64,000 bases of DNA from Ramazzottius varieornatus. Taxonomy: Eukaryota; Animalia; Tardigrada. The notes beneath the pieces are model-generated. The model made no database searches, had not been told where the DNA came from, and saw nothing but the letters and a program-made list of their open reading frames with translations. Every line of letters starts with the position of its first letter. The stretch's first letter is position 1. A program made the position numbers and the translations under genes. The stretch spans positions 1,108,973 through 1,172,972 of the forward strand of contig BDGG01000012.1 in the NCBI GenBank assembly GCA_001949185.1. The letters run 5' to 3'. Shown in pieces: positions 50,347 to 63,500 of this stretch.

Positions 50347-53300
50347 ATGGTATTCTCTCCTGTAACCAAACCGAAGATCGAAGTTTGGGACCCATCTTTG
50401 CACTACATTGCATGGGCGCAACCGGGTGAGTTCTTTCCTATAAGAAAACCATTAGTGTTTTCAGCTGTGTTGCTCATATAGGTACGCTTATTCCGGTGAT
50501 CAATGCCAAACGACAAGAAGATCTGTTACCTGCACTGGACTTGTCATATCCGCCCAAGAATAAACACCAGCCCGCTCGTACTGAGCGCCCCACTGACCAT
50601 GACGCTTCGCATCATGCAGCCAAGAGCCATCTCCTACTTGATCACGCCTTCTTCCCAGGCCACAGTCCCGATCACACAAACAGGAACTCACCGGAAGTCA
50701 CGTCGAAGGTCGACGTTCACGACCCGGAAGAACCGGAACGATCCTTCTTGGCCTTATGGGCGCACCACGAGCACGATGTCAGACGACTGCGTGAAGAAGA
50801 TCTTGCGTTACACACAGCGGAGAAGTTCTTTGCTTGGTTAGACGAGAAGACCCACAAAACCGACTTCGAGTTCCATGTCTGGAGTCGTCTAAGAAAAGAC
50901 ATTGAGAACAAACTGCGGTATCGGCTGGAGTTCTGTCATAGAAAGATGCATACAGTTGAGTATCGAAAGCCGTTAGAAACGCTCATGGTAACGGTGCCTG
51001 ATCCCACCTACCATTTTGCGGTCTGCGCCGACAAACCACCGGAAGTCGTTAAAGCCATCATCGAGCCGCGTGGAGAAATCACAAGAAGAGCCATATTTGA
51101 CAGAATACTTGTTTTCGATGAGCCGCGGTTTCGGTTAAGGTTCCCGGCAGTGGTCAACAACGATTTTCCCGAAAGGACCAAACTCGCATTTAAAAGACTA
51201 GCCAAGCTTATAGTGCGGAGTGAGCAACAAAGCCGCTCTAACAGCGACGGTACGGGCGAACCAGGCGAGAATACCTCCCCGGTTCCACCATTTAAGGAGG
51301 AAGAGTTGCTTCCCGCCGAACACAGCAAAGCTGGAAAGAAGACTAAGAGTGGGAGGAAAACAAAAGAGAATGCATTACCCACGAAGAACAAACCTGGCGT
51401 CGAAGAGTCAGAAGACTTATCAGGATCGAAAGGAAAAGGTACGCGGAAGCCCAACAAGCAAAAGAGAAGCAAAGTCTTCAAGATTTCGGAAGATAACGGC
51501 GGAAAAGCCTCCCCAGGACTGAAGAACCTCTCTGGTGCTACGAGTACCAAAAATGCGTCCGGAAAGAAGGCAGGAAGAAGTGGACAAGTGAGGGAGAAGC
51601 CGAGTACTGGACTGAAGAAGTCCAAAAGAAAGAGGAACTATTCCCTGCTAGCCGATTCTTCCATCGACTGGTCAGTTGCACCTGTAGCAGCAAAACGTGG
51701 AGCAATGGAACATTATACGAAAGATGAGATACTCGCTCTTCAAAAGCACACCAGGTTGACCTACAACTTCAAGCTCAAGTCCGACGGACATCCGGACATC
51801 TCGGCGCCGCAGGCCGCAGTCGATGGTCCTCCTCTGCCTTCTCCGGCGATCATTCGTATGATTGAAGAAGTGGCCTTCAACAAACGATGGAGACTGACGG
51901 ACCTCTTCGCTTATGGCGACAAAGACAAGTCTTGGCGCTTAAACCCTGTCAAAGTTCGTCATATGCTGGACACAGTATGAAAGCTTGCTGCCTGCAAGAC
52001 ATTGGTTGATCGAAATTGTGACTATACGTTCCTCTTGTCTAGTTAGGTCTTGAGCAAGTTACCGAGCAGGCTATTACGGATTTTTTCGTCAAGCTGGACG
52101 ATTTTTCCGAGCAAACGATTAACTTTAAGGACGTGAGAACAGCTATGCATGCTTGGATCAAGGAAAAGCGAGTTCGGAAGCGTTATTGCATGGAGATTGC
52201 AGGTGGGTAAGCATACGGATACGCGAACGCTGGCCATCCTGTAGTGTATTCAAAGAGAAACGATAGTATTCAAGGCGGTCTTTCTCTTTAGGCGAAACGG
52301 TCTTGGCCGAAATCAGTCCATCCACCGCTTCACCCGTTCCAGCCGCTCATCCCACAGAAGGCGGACAGGAGAAACTTCAAGCGGGAGCGTCCGTGGCAAA
52401 AAAGCACGTCGAAGAGCGCAACCGACATTTACTTCCGGTGCCAGACGAAATCGGTACCGAAGTGTGCGAGGTACCCGGTGTCATCTGCCAGTGGAATACT
52501 GTGTTTCCGGAAGAACAGGTTCTGGCTTGGAGAGTTCAGCAGAAACTGGAGAAACTGTATCACGATAAACGTTGGCTGGTACGAACGTAATTTGACCGGA
52601 AAGCCGAATTCGTGTTTACGGAGAAGTTACTTACAGGAAGCGAAGAACGCACTGAAAGTTTTCGGACATCTTCGACATATGAACCATGCTGATGAAATTC
52701 CTGTCGAAAAGGAAGAACCTCCACAGCAGATTCCCGTGCAAGAACTGCCCCTACTAGACCGTCCGAGTGCTCAAATGGAACCTGCGGCTACTTTGGACGA
52801 TCTAGCTAAAGGCGTCGTCTTACGCATGCCTCTGCTCGACCAAATGTCCCACACTGAGATGCACAAAAGGCTATCACTCTCCGAGCTGGAGAAAGGTCTG
52901 CAAAGTCCTATAGCTGAAACCAACGACGAACCGTTCCCTAAAAGACGACACAAGTACCAGAGAATCATGGAGGAAGAAGCGCGCATCGACATAGAGTCGC
53001 CTCAACTCAACCCTGAAAACTCGGTCATGGAGGTTAACAGCGAAAGCCGACAAAGTGCGGGAGATATTCCCGGAAAGGAAGTCACAGCTAAAACCACGCG
53101 CTCCTGGATACTATCCGAACTGAAAAACGATCCATCAAATCCCGCAAGCCAAGGGGACGGCAGCAGCAAAGTGCCTGTGGAGAATAGAATGAAGCGAAGT
53201 ATCGTAGCAAATGAGGAAAAACGTACGGACAGGACTGAGCTTGACCGATACCTTCGGAGGCGTTTTCGCATCCTCTACAATCCAGTCCCCGTCGACGAAG

Positions 53301-54572
53301 AATACGGCGACGTGCTCGAAGTTCTGAAGTTTCGTGCTTTCAACAAGTTGAAGGAAAGCGCGAAGGAGGAAGAAGAACGTCTGCAGGCTGCACGTGATCC
53401 TGCGCGGATCAACGATACTGCGTGTCAACTGGTTTCCGATGTTGAGAACATCCTCGTTGATGCTAGAAAGAACATGAACGCTTCGGTGAGCATCTCGGGA
53501 CCACCTGTTGACCAAGAAAGACTGTGCGAGTTGAAGGACCTAAAGAAGGAGGAAATCAAGAAGAGGCTTCTCCTGGAAGCCAAAGGTCTGCCTAGAACGC
53601 CCCTCACTTTCATGGATTCGAAGACTAAAGCGCTGGCTTACCAAGTAAAACGGCTGAAGAGCGCGTTACATCTACAAGCTCCCGATATCAGAAAGTGCAG
53701 AAGCTCCTCGTCGTCTATCGCACCCTCCTACTACCGAAGTGAAAGGAGCGCAACCAGTAAGTGCCATCATCATGGTTTGCCATGTGAGCTCGTTCTGATC
53801 CGACCTGCTAATTTCAGGTGTCTGTCTAACCGGGATCCGTACTGGAAGCAAGAAACCGAACAGCAATCAGCATGAAGAGCGTCCTTTAACTAAACTCGAT
53901 AACGTCAAACCACCACACTTACCTCGTACTCGGCCCCTCGAGGTTCATCCCAAAGCTCTTCCAAGGAAGTCGAGCGACGACAAAGTGGGGCATGTCATAA
54001 GGAAGCAGCCGAACCGTCGGAGAGTTCTTCACAACACCGGCATTGAAATCGGCTTTGTGTTGGACTTCTACTTCTCCCGGCATGTCGACCATTACCTAAA
54101 AGGGATGGATAAGAACATTAAGAAACAAGCACAAAAGCTGAAGATTACACGATATCAGCCACTCCGGATCGTGGAACGACGACTTATCCAGCGACAGAAG
54201 TTCACAAAGACGACTGAGAATTACTACCAGTCAGTTAACCAAGATGCACAGGCGCTATTCCGAAAAATGCACCAGCGAGTGGAAGCTAAGAACCTTGCTG
54301 ATATGTTCCCGGACGACATGTTGCGGCGCGTGATGCTGAGACAGGAGGATAAGAACCTCGCTCCTATATCCTATAGGGAGGCATTTGCAAAATTCAAGAC
54401 GGCCATTGAACAAGAATTCGGCGGGCGTTTTCCTAATCGGATACCAAAGAATAAGAGCAAGCGATTCTATTCACTTCCTACGTTCTTTCCGTTGAGGCAG
54501 AACGCCGAACTCCTGAAAACTACCCATGATAATCAATATCGTCGCGTGGAGGCGGATGTTGCAGACAGATAG
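50347..54572 (+). CDS. Large uncharacterised protein (~1297 aa, at least 6 exons), Lys-rich low-complexity segment
   Basis: Exons 50347-50425, 50482-51974, 52043-52202, 52292-52578, 52637-53756 and 53818-54572 join in frame via GT-AG (3894 nt). No family recognised; the start is uncertain. Confidence 0.7.
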
Positions 54573-55229
54573 GGATCACAAATTCACAATTTCACATCCG
54601 GAAAACAGATCAGGATTCAGGAATTCGCAAGAACGTTTTCGGGGAATTGCGATTTAAGAATAATGGTTTCTTAAACTGATTTGTTCAAGTTTTTTTGTGG
54701 CTTGGGTTCAGTGCGAATTCGCGGGGCGGCACCCTAACGGGTACTGTTGCCGCCGAGGGAGGCCAAAAGGGAAGAAAACGGGAACTGGGATGATGGCAGC
54801 GCGTATCCTAAGTTCCCAACCATTGAATTACTCCCTGTGACTCAGAATACAATGCTATAGCCTTATCTCCTTCTTTTGTGACCTACTTTCGCTTCTCCTC
54901 AGTCACATTCCATTCACAAGCTTATCTCCACTAATGTTGTACTTTGCCCTTCACTGGGCAAAGTTCAGCAGAGAGGTTCTAACACAAACTTACGAACAAA
55001 ACCAGCTCCCAAAACCCATGTTAGACCACCTGACTCGTAAGCTCTGCGAGCATTAGGTGATAGCCTCACACTGTATCGGCGGCAACAAAACTCGGCTAGA
55101 ATGATCTTACTAATCAATCAATCGGTCGAGCAATCTTATTTCGATTTGAACTACCCTTGTGGTTGGTGTTATGATATCCGGTGGCAACAGCAGCAGTGAA
55201 CAGCCTGGCACATCGCTGACTCCAGACTC

Positions 55230-55673
55230 CAGAGTGGGGTTATAGTGGCCTAAGCTAGGCAAGACAGCGCTGACGAGGCGGCGGAGGCGCCGGTGAGATG
55301 CCAGTATGAGGCGCCACCAGTCTCCAGCTGGGAAGGCACGTAGAATAATTAAAACATTAGGAAAAGGAAAGCACTTCCATACTTTCTGCTCGTTCTGAAA
55401 ACTTTTTTCGGACGGACCCACGTTGAGGAATTAAAGAATTTTATGCTCGAATTTTTGTGATCGGTCACGCAGAAACGAGACGGTTGTGAGATTTTAGAGA
55501 AATCTTTAGAAGCTCCTTGCGTGCTTGGATCCAGGGCGAAAGTGACGTCACGCATCGTGAATCAACTAATCAACAGGTCATGTAGGCAAGTGTGGTCAGG
55601 TGCATCTCACCGGAGCCTGGGTAAACTGGCAATTGGCAAAGGCCTGAAGATAGATCACTATAACCCCACTCTG
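55230..55673. mobile_element. MITE-like element, 444 bp, 18-bp perfect terminal inverted repeats
   Basis: CAGAGTGGGGTTATAGTG (55230-55247) and CACTATAACCCCACTCTG (55656-55673). No clear TSD. Confidence 0.65.
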
Positions 55674-55794
55674 CCGTCTCTAATCTGTCCATCAATCTTG
55701 GTTCTTGAAACATCCCGAAACTTTCATCTCTGACCCTCCGACGGCTTTCTCACAAAGCCTTTGTGCTTGCTTCTTTCTACGAAGAGTTCAGGTT

Positions 55795-57025
55795 ATGGAA
55801 ACTAGGGGAAAGAAGCGCCGGCAACCTGCATTGCCGAACGGCATGGAGCAGCCACCGGAGACATCGGGCCAGAGTAGCGCGAAGGCCGGAGCGGAGAAAC
55901 GATCGAAGCGGAAAGTGCCGGCTTCGGAAGATGAAGCACAGCCAGAGGAATTCGTTTCCACGAGGGACATCAAAGACCTATGGAAAGAAATGGGATACTC
56001 TGTGCTGCTGGAAATGTTTCGCCACTTCGAAATGAACAAGCGCTTCGAGATGAGCAGGTATGGCAAACTTAATGCATGTGCCATAAGTAGTCACGACGGA
56101 TGATGTATTTCACACTTTCCAGGGTTTCCAAAGAATGGAATACTGTGCTGTTAAATACGGCCCTCCTGACAAAGCATTACCTGTTCGTGGAAGATGATGC
56201 GAAGTGCGGCATGGCGATCCAGCATTTTCAGATCTAAGATCGCGAGACCCAGCTACGCCTGTTCATCGTGGGTAATGGAAAGCGCAACGGTGGTAGTGAC
56301 AGCACTGACGAGATAGCGATTACGGGCTTCCTCTTGAAGAACCCTCAAGTTAGGCGAGTGGTCTTCTACAAGGCTGCGATCCATGAGGAGCAAATCGTAA
56401 ACGATCGTAGTCTCCATAGTATGATCGGGCTGACTACCAATGGAGAAGACTTTTGGTACTTGGTGGACTGTGTCACGTTGATCAAATGCCAACTGAAGAT
56501 CCAGTTCCACACAAGGATCCCCGATACGCCTGACGATCGCTTGTGGTCGTGGACAATCGAGCTGCCGCCCAAGATGCTGTTCGCCTTCAAAGACAAGAAC
56601 AAGCCAATTGACTTGTACCAACGATGGGGTCTGTACTTCAAAGAAATGAGCAAGCAGAAGGTCTTCTGGCCGTATCCTCCTGAACAGATGGACTGGCTGA
56701 AAAAGTACCTCCCGAAAGTGCGTGGGGCTGCGAAGAAGCACATGGAGCTTTTCCTGACGTCTCAACAGTAAGTGAATCCTGCCACAGATAAATCAGTGGG
56801 AAATTTATATGCAACCATTCCGGTGATGCTTTTCCTCGTAGGCGTAACCAGTATGTACGGGTAAAAGAGATGCCTGGACTGACGGAGACGAAGTTGTGGG
56901 ACTATCAGTTGTTCGAACGGGACTGCGGTATCCTTTTGTTCCAGCTGATGGTCAGCGGCATGAAGGGATTGGAGCATCCGCCGTGCAAGGTCCCTGAAGC
57001 TCTTGCAGATTTTGACTATATTTGA
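55795..57025 (+). pseudogene. F-box-like gene copy 1 with single in-frame TAA (56235-56237)
   Basis: WKEMGYSVLLEMFRHF..RFEMSR|VSKEWN (F-box-like). Exon 2 reads CAG ATC TAA GAT CGC and the frame continues into ORF 56268-56771. Confidence 0.6.
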
Positions 57026-57287
57026 AGGAAGATCGATAATAAAGTCGGTACTAGATGTTATGGCGGAATTCGAAAGGATGAATCTTGGTCAGGTTACTAC
57101 ACTTCAATCCGATAGAACAGTGAAGTATCTGCAGTAGCCTTTTTTTCTGCGCTGCAGACTTTTCTCGACAGATTACTCTGCTTTGTTGTAGTATGCGGCG
57201 ACTTACGATGTTTCCTTCCGTTTTTGTTCATATTCTGGACGAAATCTGATCCAAAAACCTCCTCACCATATCTTCCTTACTGCAAAT

Positions 57288-58330
57288 ATGAAGCTGCCGT
57301 TAAGATTTCGGGACGACAAAACGAGTCTCTCTATGCCCCGAGAGAATAAGGATTAATCAGATCCTGGAAGATATTCTCTTCAACCGTTCGGTCCATCTAG
57401 TGGACGAACGCTTTGACATGAGGAGGTAAGCGAAAGATTTGACCATGGCTTTCCGTACGTCATACTGTATATAAACAAAAGATTATCCATTGTATTCCAG
57501 GGTTTCTTTGGAGTGGAACGAAATCTCGTCAGACGCTTCACCGAAGAACTTTTTCGTGGAGTGTGGCTCTGTTTCTGCCAAGGAACTTGCGCATGTTTGT
57601 CTCATAAACCAAGAAGCAGATTTCAGCTCTCGTCCTTGTGGGCAGCAGTGGAAGGACTAGCCACGGGTACGATAGTTCTCACAGAGGAAGTGATCCCGTC
57701 AGTAATTTGTTTCTGAAGAACCCAAGCCAAGCAGGTAATCATGCATACGTTCTTGGATTACGAAGATGAGATCTTTAACTATCGCGAACGCTACTGCGAA
57801 GATTTTCAGGCAGAAGACTATTGGTACGGTACCGAGTCTGGATAGAGTCATCCGGGTGCAAGCTACAAATTCAGTACCGCACAAGACATCCTTCCACACG
57901 CGACCATAAAAAGTGGACTTGGTGCATCGATCTTCCGATCCTGTTATTCGGCTGTAAAGGACTGAACAGGGAAGCGGATGCTGTAGCTCGATGGAGGAGC
58001 TACCTCAAACAAATGAGCGAAAAGAAGGCGTTCTGGCCGTACCCACCGCAACAAATGGTTTGGCTGAGGAAGTTTCCTCCGAAGGTTCGGGGAAATGCTA
58101 AGGAGCACCTGGAAGTCTACTTGAACACTGCGAGTAAGACTTTTTTTGGTTATTTCTGTCCAGTTCTAATCACTGCATTTCTCTCCAGACGAAAAATATA
58201 CGCCGCTGCTGGAGGAACCAAGTTGCCCGGCTTGACAGACGCGGATTTGCAGGGAGAGAAACTGCAATGATATCCTGATGAATATCATGTTGATAAGCAG
58301 AATGAAAAGACTGGCTGCAAGCTCCACCAT
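57288..58330 (+). pseudogene. F-box-like gene copy 2, degenerate tandem paralogue
   Basis: ERFDMRR|VSLEWN..CKLQIQYRTR..WTWCIDLP..RWRSYLKQMSEKKAFWPYPPQQMVWLRKFPPKVRG aligns with copy 1 and has the same intron positions, but several stops and frameshifts. Confidence 0.7.
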
Positions 58331-59090
58331 GCGAAGTACACAAAGGTAACAGATTTGACTGCATCTAAAGAACTCCAGTCTGGTAGTACTCTCATAGAAT
58401 CTGCTAGCGAGTTGCCTCAATTCGAGCTCTTGTTCCGATCGTCAGGAAGACTTTTTCCGGTAACTGTGAGACGGTTAACTATCGTGATTGTTTTCGTTTT
58501 CCGTAGTTTTCGTGGACTGCCCAAATCTCTTGTCGTGAAAGCTATTGTTCTGTTGGAGATAGACTGAGTACCAAGCAGTTCAGTTTACGGATGCAGCGGT
58601 GGGATAACTTATTTTTCTGTCCTTTCCTTACGAAAGAAATCGAGAAGATATTTAGATGTAATTGAATACAGATTAATTTCGTAACACGCCAAAGAGAATA
58701 CCACGGGGTAAAACATGCTGGTAAAAGCTCGACGACAACGGACTGGGTACTTCTAAAAGTGAAAAGCCTGTTCAGATGAAACTGCAAGAAATAATAAGAG
58801 GTGGTACATGAAGATACCATGAAGTATTAAATATAATAATAGTAATATACAGATAAAATAAAAAGAAGATTTTTCATGAAAATGCAAAAACAAAAAAGGT
58901 TGTCGGGTGACTAACTACATTCTGGCACGACTTTAAAACTGAAAATGTTCGGTTTGGCATTTTTGTCTTTAGTCAGAAAAGATTCTGCGGTGTAGCTGCT
59001 CCTGGTTCCAGATCAAGAGTCGCATGGCGTCCATTGAAAGGATGTGTGGTCTCTGTTGGGCAGCAAGAACAAACAGGAGGAAAGGCAACC

Positions 59091-60552
59091 TTATGCGTAA
59101 TATTCTTTGGAACTGTTGGTCGGTGCGCGCATGTATCCACCAGGTCGCTTCTGCGGCTCGTCCAAGGCGTAACTGCCCTCATCCTTCTTCCTCATCCGGT
59201 ACAGCAGATACATGACCAGGAGGATCGCGCATAGTAATCCCACCACTGCACCGCCAATCACAGCTGCAATAACAAGAGAGCCTTTACAACACCGAGCATA
59301 CTGTAACGGGCCAAGGACTGAAACAAACTACTCGTACCTGCAAGCATGGCAGGTTGAGCAAGTAAGTTAGCGGGGGCGTTTGCAGGTTTCTGTACAATGG
59401 GATCATTTCCGAAATTATCTTGGATCTCTCTTGCCACATCCTCGTCAGCGGTAAGGTCCCGATCGTTATCCAGAGAATTTCCAGTAGGCTGCGGCATTTC
59501 CGTGGTCGTAACGATCTACGAACGAACACGAGAGTTACAAAAGATGATCGACAACAACAGTAACCAAGATCAAGGACAGGCCTCACCTTTGGCGCGTTCG
59601 GGTCTGGGGTTTCATTGATGTCAAATTCATCCCCAAACGACGCTAAGACAAAACGATATCACTTCCGGCGAACCGATAATTATCACGACACACGAGATAT
59701 CGCAACACAATGGTACGACAAAATTTGCGAATATGTCATACGTACAGGAAGGAGCGGATCTGTCGCCACCTGGGATAGGATAGCTGGGTCTTGGGGCACT
59801 GGGTTTCAGTGGTGAGGAAGGTCTGGTCGGCATCATCCCGGAACCTTCAAACGGCGACAGTACATCTTCGTCCACATCCGCATCGTCTTCGTCGTCCGGG
59901 TTTATGGGATCTACCTTTCCGCTTGCTCCTCTTGGCATATCACCCGATCCTTCAATATTATCGTTCGATCCGCGTAGATTCAAAGGTACCAGTCCACTTG
60001 CTTGCTGTAAACAGACAAACCCCAGTTAGTACTGCGGTAAAACCATGTTCTGTACAAAGAGCCTCTTGACGCCGGAACGACGACGGTGACGAAGGACCTT
60101 CATCAATATAGATAAAATCTTCCATACTATACCTTCTCCTGGCTATCAGTTATTACAGACTGCGTAGTAACCGAACTTCCTGACGAAGTATCAATATCGA
60201 AAGCTGAAAGATCGCTAGTAATAGCTGGCGAGGGCACTGTGGTGCCTACAGCGGACCCGACTGGCACGAAGGACGTTACGTTCACTCGTATCGAAGTGCT
60301 ATTAGTGTTCTGGGTCTGTCGAAAGGGAGGAGGGACCCGCGTCGAGGCAAGACTATCTTCCACAGTCGGCGTCGAACTCGACAGTTCCATAACATCGTCG
60401 CTCGGGAGATCGTCCTCTAAGTCTGCATCATCCTCGTCGTCTTCTGCATCATCAGCCGCTGTGTCGACAGCGTCGTCATAATCTGAGTCTGGAAAGTCTG
60501 TGGTGGTAGTGGGTTGAGGCGTGGTGGTGGTCAGCAGCCGAGCAGCCAGGCG
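59091..60552 (-). CDS. SDC: Syndecan (signal-peptide exon not identified; probably upstream)
   Basis: Acidic, S/T-rich ectodomain with EGSG glycosaminoglycan sites; TM AVIGGAVVGLLCAILLV; cytoplasmic YRMRKKDEGSY..KEYYA*. Confidence 0.93.
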
Positions 60553-63500
60553 CTAAGCAGAGCAACAAAATTAGGTTATGGGGCAGCCAAAGCGACAAGC
60601 GCAAACAAAATATAATAAAATATCATAGCAGGGGATAGGCCGTAAGACTTATACAAGACAGCCAACATGCAAAAGGGGATGAGAGCGGACAGGGGGAAGC
60701 AAACGGGTCAACGCGGTATTTTCTTATCAGACGGTTGGAGGACCTTAATTATTTTGGCATCTTGATCCAGAAAAGGGGGACAGAAGTCGCGACTAATTTT
60801 TATTGTGATTTCAGAGAGCTGCTGTGATGTGAATATTAAGTAAGCGGTTTCTCAATCGCGGTGATTTGCCGTTCAAACATGCAGCGTCAAGCCATAATAT
60901 ACCGTACAAAGCAGCAAAAAGCAAAGCCGAACTGTATGGAGTTTCCAACGGAAAAAGAAGCCTCGATCGAATGGACGACAAAGCCTGGTCGGGAAAAGTT
61001 TGCCTTGTCATCGAACATCTCTCCAGCATGCAAGATCGATAATCGGGACAAACTAGTCCAGCCATAAATGGGCGAACAGTCGGTGAGGTCACGCCAATAC
61101 TCCAGCATATACCAAACAATGCATAATTATTCCATCTATAACGACCTGTCGAGCTTATTTACTTTGGCAAAAATTGGGCCAGCCGTATTGCATACATATT
61201 TCGGGCAACTGCTGTGGATTTTAGTCGTTTCAGCTTATGAAAGGAATTTTGTGGACAGATCGCATTTCAAGGAGCAATTTGCGCCTGACACGGGCAAAAA
61301 TAAACAGAGGGCCTTTTGGTGTGGTTTTCACTAGCACGCCATTTGCATCTACCGCCTGGTTATAAAATTTCCCCTTTATAACAATCCCTCCCTGCCAACG
61401 CAAAAGTCCCAGGCTTTGTTCCCGGTTCAGATTTCCCAAACCATGAAACATGCACGATACGCTCATGGTCATAGCCATGTCGGTTACAGAAATTAACGCA
61501 ATATCGCATAGAAAAGAAGAAAATTAAGACCAGTGTTCTTTGCCACTTGACTTCGATTCATCAGCAAAATGAGGGTATTTTTCTTGGATTTTGTCTAAGT
61601 GTAAAGTCATTCTGCTTCAGTTAGGTACTGCGGGATCAGGTGGGCATCTGCTCGCGGGTCATTTTCAGCCACATCTGCTCTGAAGAACCCTGAAGAACTC
61701 TTATGGATAATATCCCACAAGTGGTTAATTTCAGCCTCCTCAAAACGCAGTCTGAACGTCGCGCAACGTCCGACCGTTGCTTACGTTCGGCAAACAGTGC
61801 GAAAATAATGCCGTTTCCACTCCATCCTCGTCAAGTTTCATCTCCCTAATCAATAACAGCACCAGTTCCACCATTCCTTTTATCCATACACATTTTTTAG
61901 TTCGTTATGGAACACGGAAAGGGGATTTTTTGGAGGACCCCGATTGATATTGACAATGATTGGTCCTTTCACCACAGCGCAAAACTACAATCAGCAATTC
62001 CCCACACTTGAGCTGCGCACGTTAAGTCACAATCTGCACATTACAAAACTGTAAGTTGACAGTCAACACCGTATTGAGGGTATTGAGAGCGCAAAGAGAT
62101 TTACCGGTCCATCCGTGAGGGAGTGAACCGGAAGAGTGGCTGGCCCAACAAAGAGCTAACCGGTCCTCGGGGAGTAGTCCGTTGTTCCGATAATCTCCAC
62201 ACCTTTCTCTCCTTCGACAGTCCTGAAGGACGGTCATTTTGTTCCTTGACTCGGACCTTTCATCACTTCAATTCCCTCCTTGAGCAACTTTTACACAGGT
62301 TCACCTTACTTCCTCCTCGCATTCCTGTTCAATGAAAGCATACACGCATTTCCCTCCTCACATTCTAGTTCTTGATTTTTATGACCTGATCGATCCATAC
62401 TCCTATTACACCATGACTTCTGATTGTCAATCGCGGTTACGACCCTTCCTTTTACTTTGCCGATTCATCGCAAAGCAACACAATAACAACGCGGGCCGCG
62501 TTATAAAAAGTTTGACCCCTCATAATAGAAACCAAAGCTCCCTTACTGACATCTAGTTGCAATATTTCCCTGGTTTCTATTCGAGTGTTGCATTCTGATT
62601 TCCTCTGCCATGATCTGTGCGGCCTCATAGCGAGTTGTGAAGCGAGGAGAACACCCCGGTAGCTTTTGCTCCTTTGTGTCCTACGAGCTCGTTTCCACTC
62701 ATTTTCGCATCAAATCACCAAAATCCTTTCCGCTCGTTCAGACTTGCACGCAGCTATTCCGACCCTATCCTTTCAAAAGCTAGCTGGCCAAACTGCTTCC
62801 CCTCGCTTTGATTCCTCATCTTTCGCAGTCGCGGCACTGCAAAATTACAATGGGCTCTTTTTAAAAGAACAAGCCATCACTTTGTCGTTCGTTCGCTTCA
62901 CTTCACTACCATTTACGCTGTATTGCCTTGTCATAAAACCACCTCTTCCTTCCTCCGCCCCACATCCTCCTCTCGACTTGCAAAACGATCTCTTCATCAC
63001 AGCCATCTTTCCCTCTTGTCACCAGCTGCAGTGTACGCTGGCAAAAAATGACCGCACACGCTCAAGCCCTCGTCAAGACCTCGCCGTACTTCCTCGTTGA
63101 TACCTACAAACAGACCACTTTGTTGTACATTTGGACATAACTTTGTGCATAACTAATCATTTTCGTCCGCATTCGAAATTCCAAGCTAACTCACCGGGAA
63201 ACCAGACGAATGCCCGCTAATCCTGAGAAGCAGATGTGGCCCATTCTCATCAGCGCCCCATCCACCTCTAGGGGGATGTCGGAAGTGAGATGGATGTGTG
63301 ACAAGCGGAAGCTGGCTTTGAGTGAGAGGAACGTAACGTTGAAGACCTCTATTCGATCTGGACGCTGAAGTATCAGGTGACTCGCGGTAATTACCGTAAC
63401 ACGCTAACACTTGACATCCATCCTCACTCGGTTCCAGCTCTTACTACTCCAGGCTTCCCTCCCTCCCTTCGTATTCTGGATATGCGCAGTCTACATAGCG

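Noticed and set aside
51008-51625. 205-aa hydrophobic minus-strand ORF
   Set aside because: Antisense mirror of the Lys-rich plus-strand exon.
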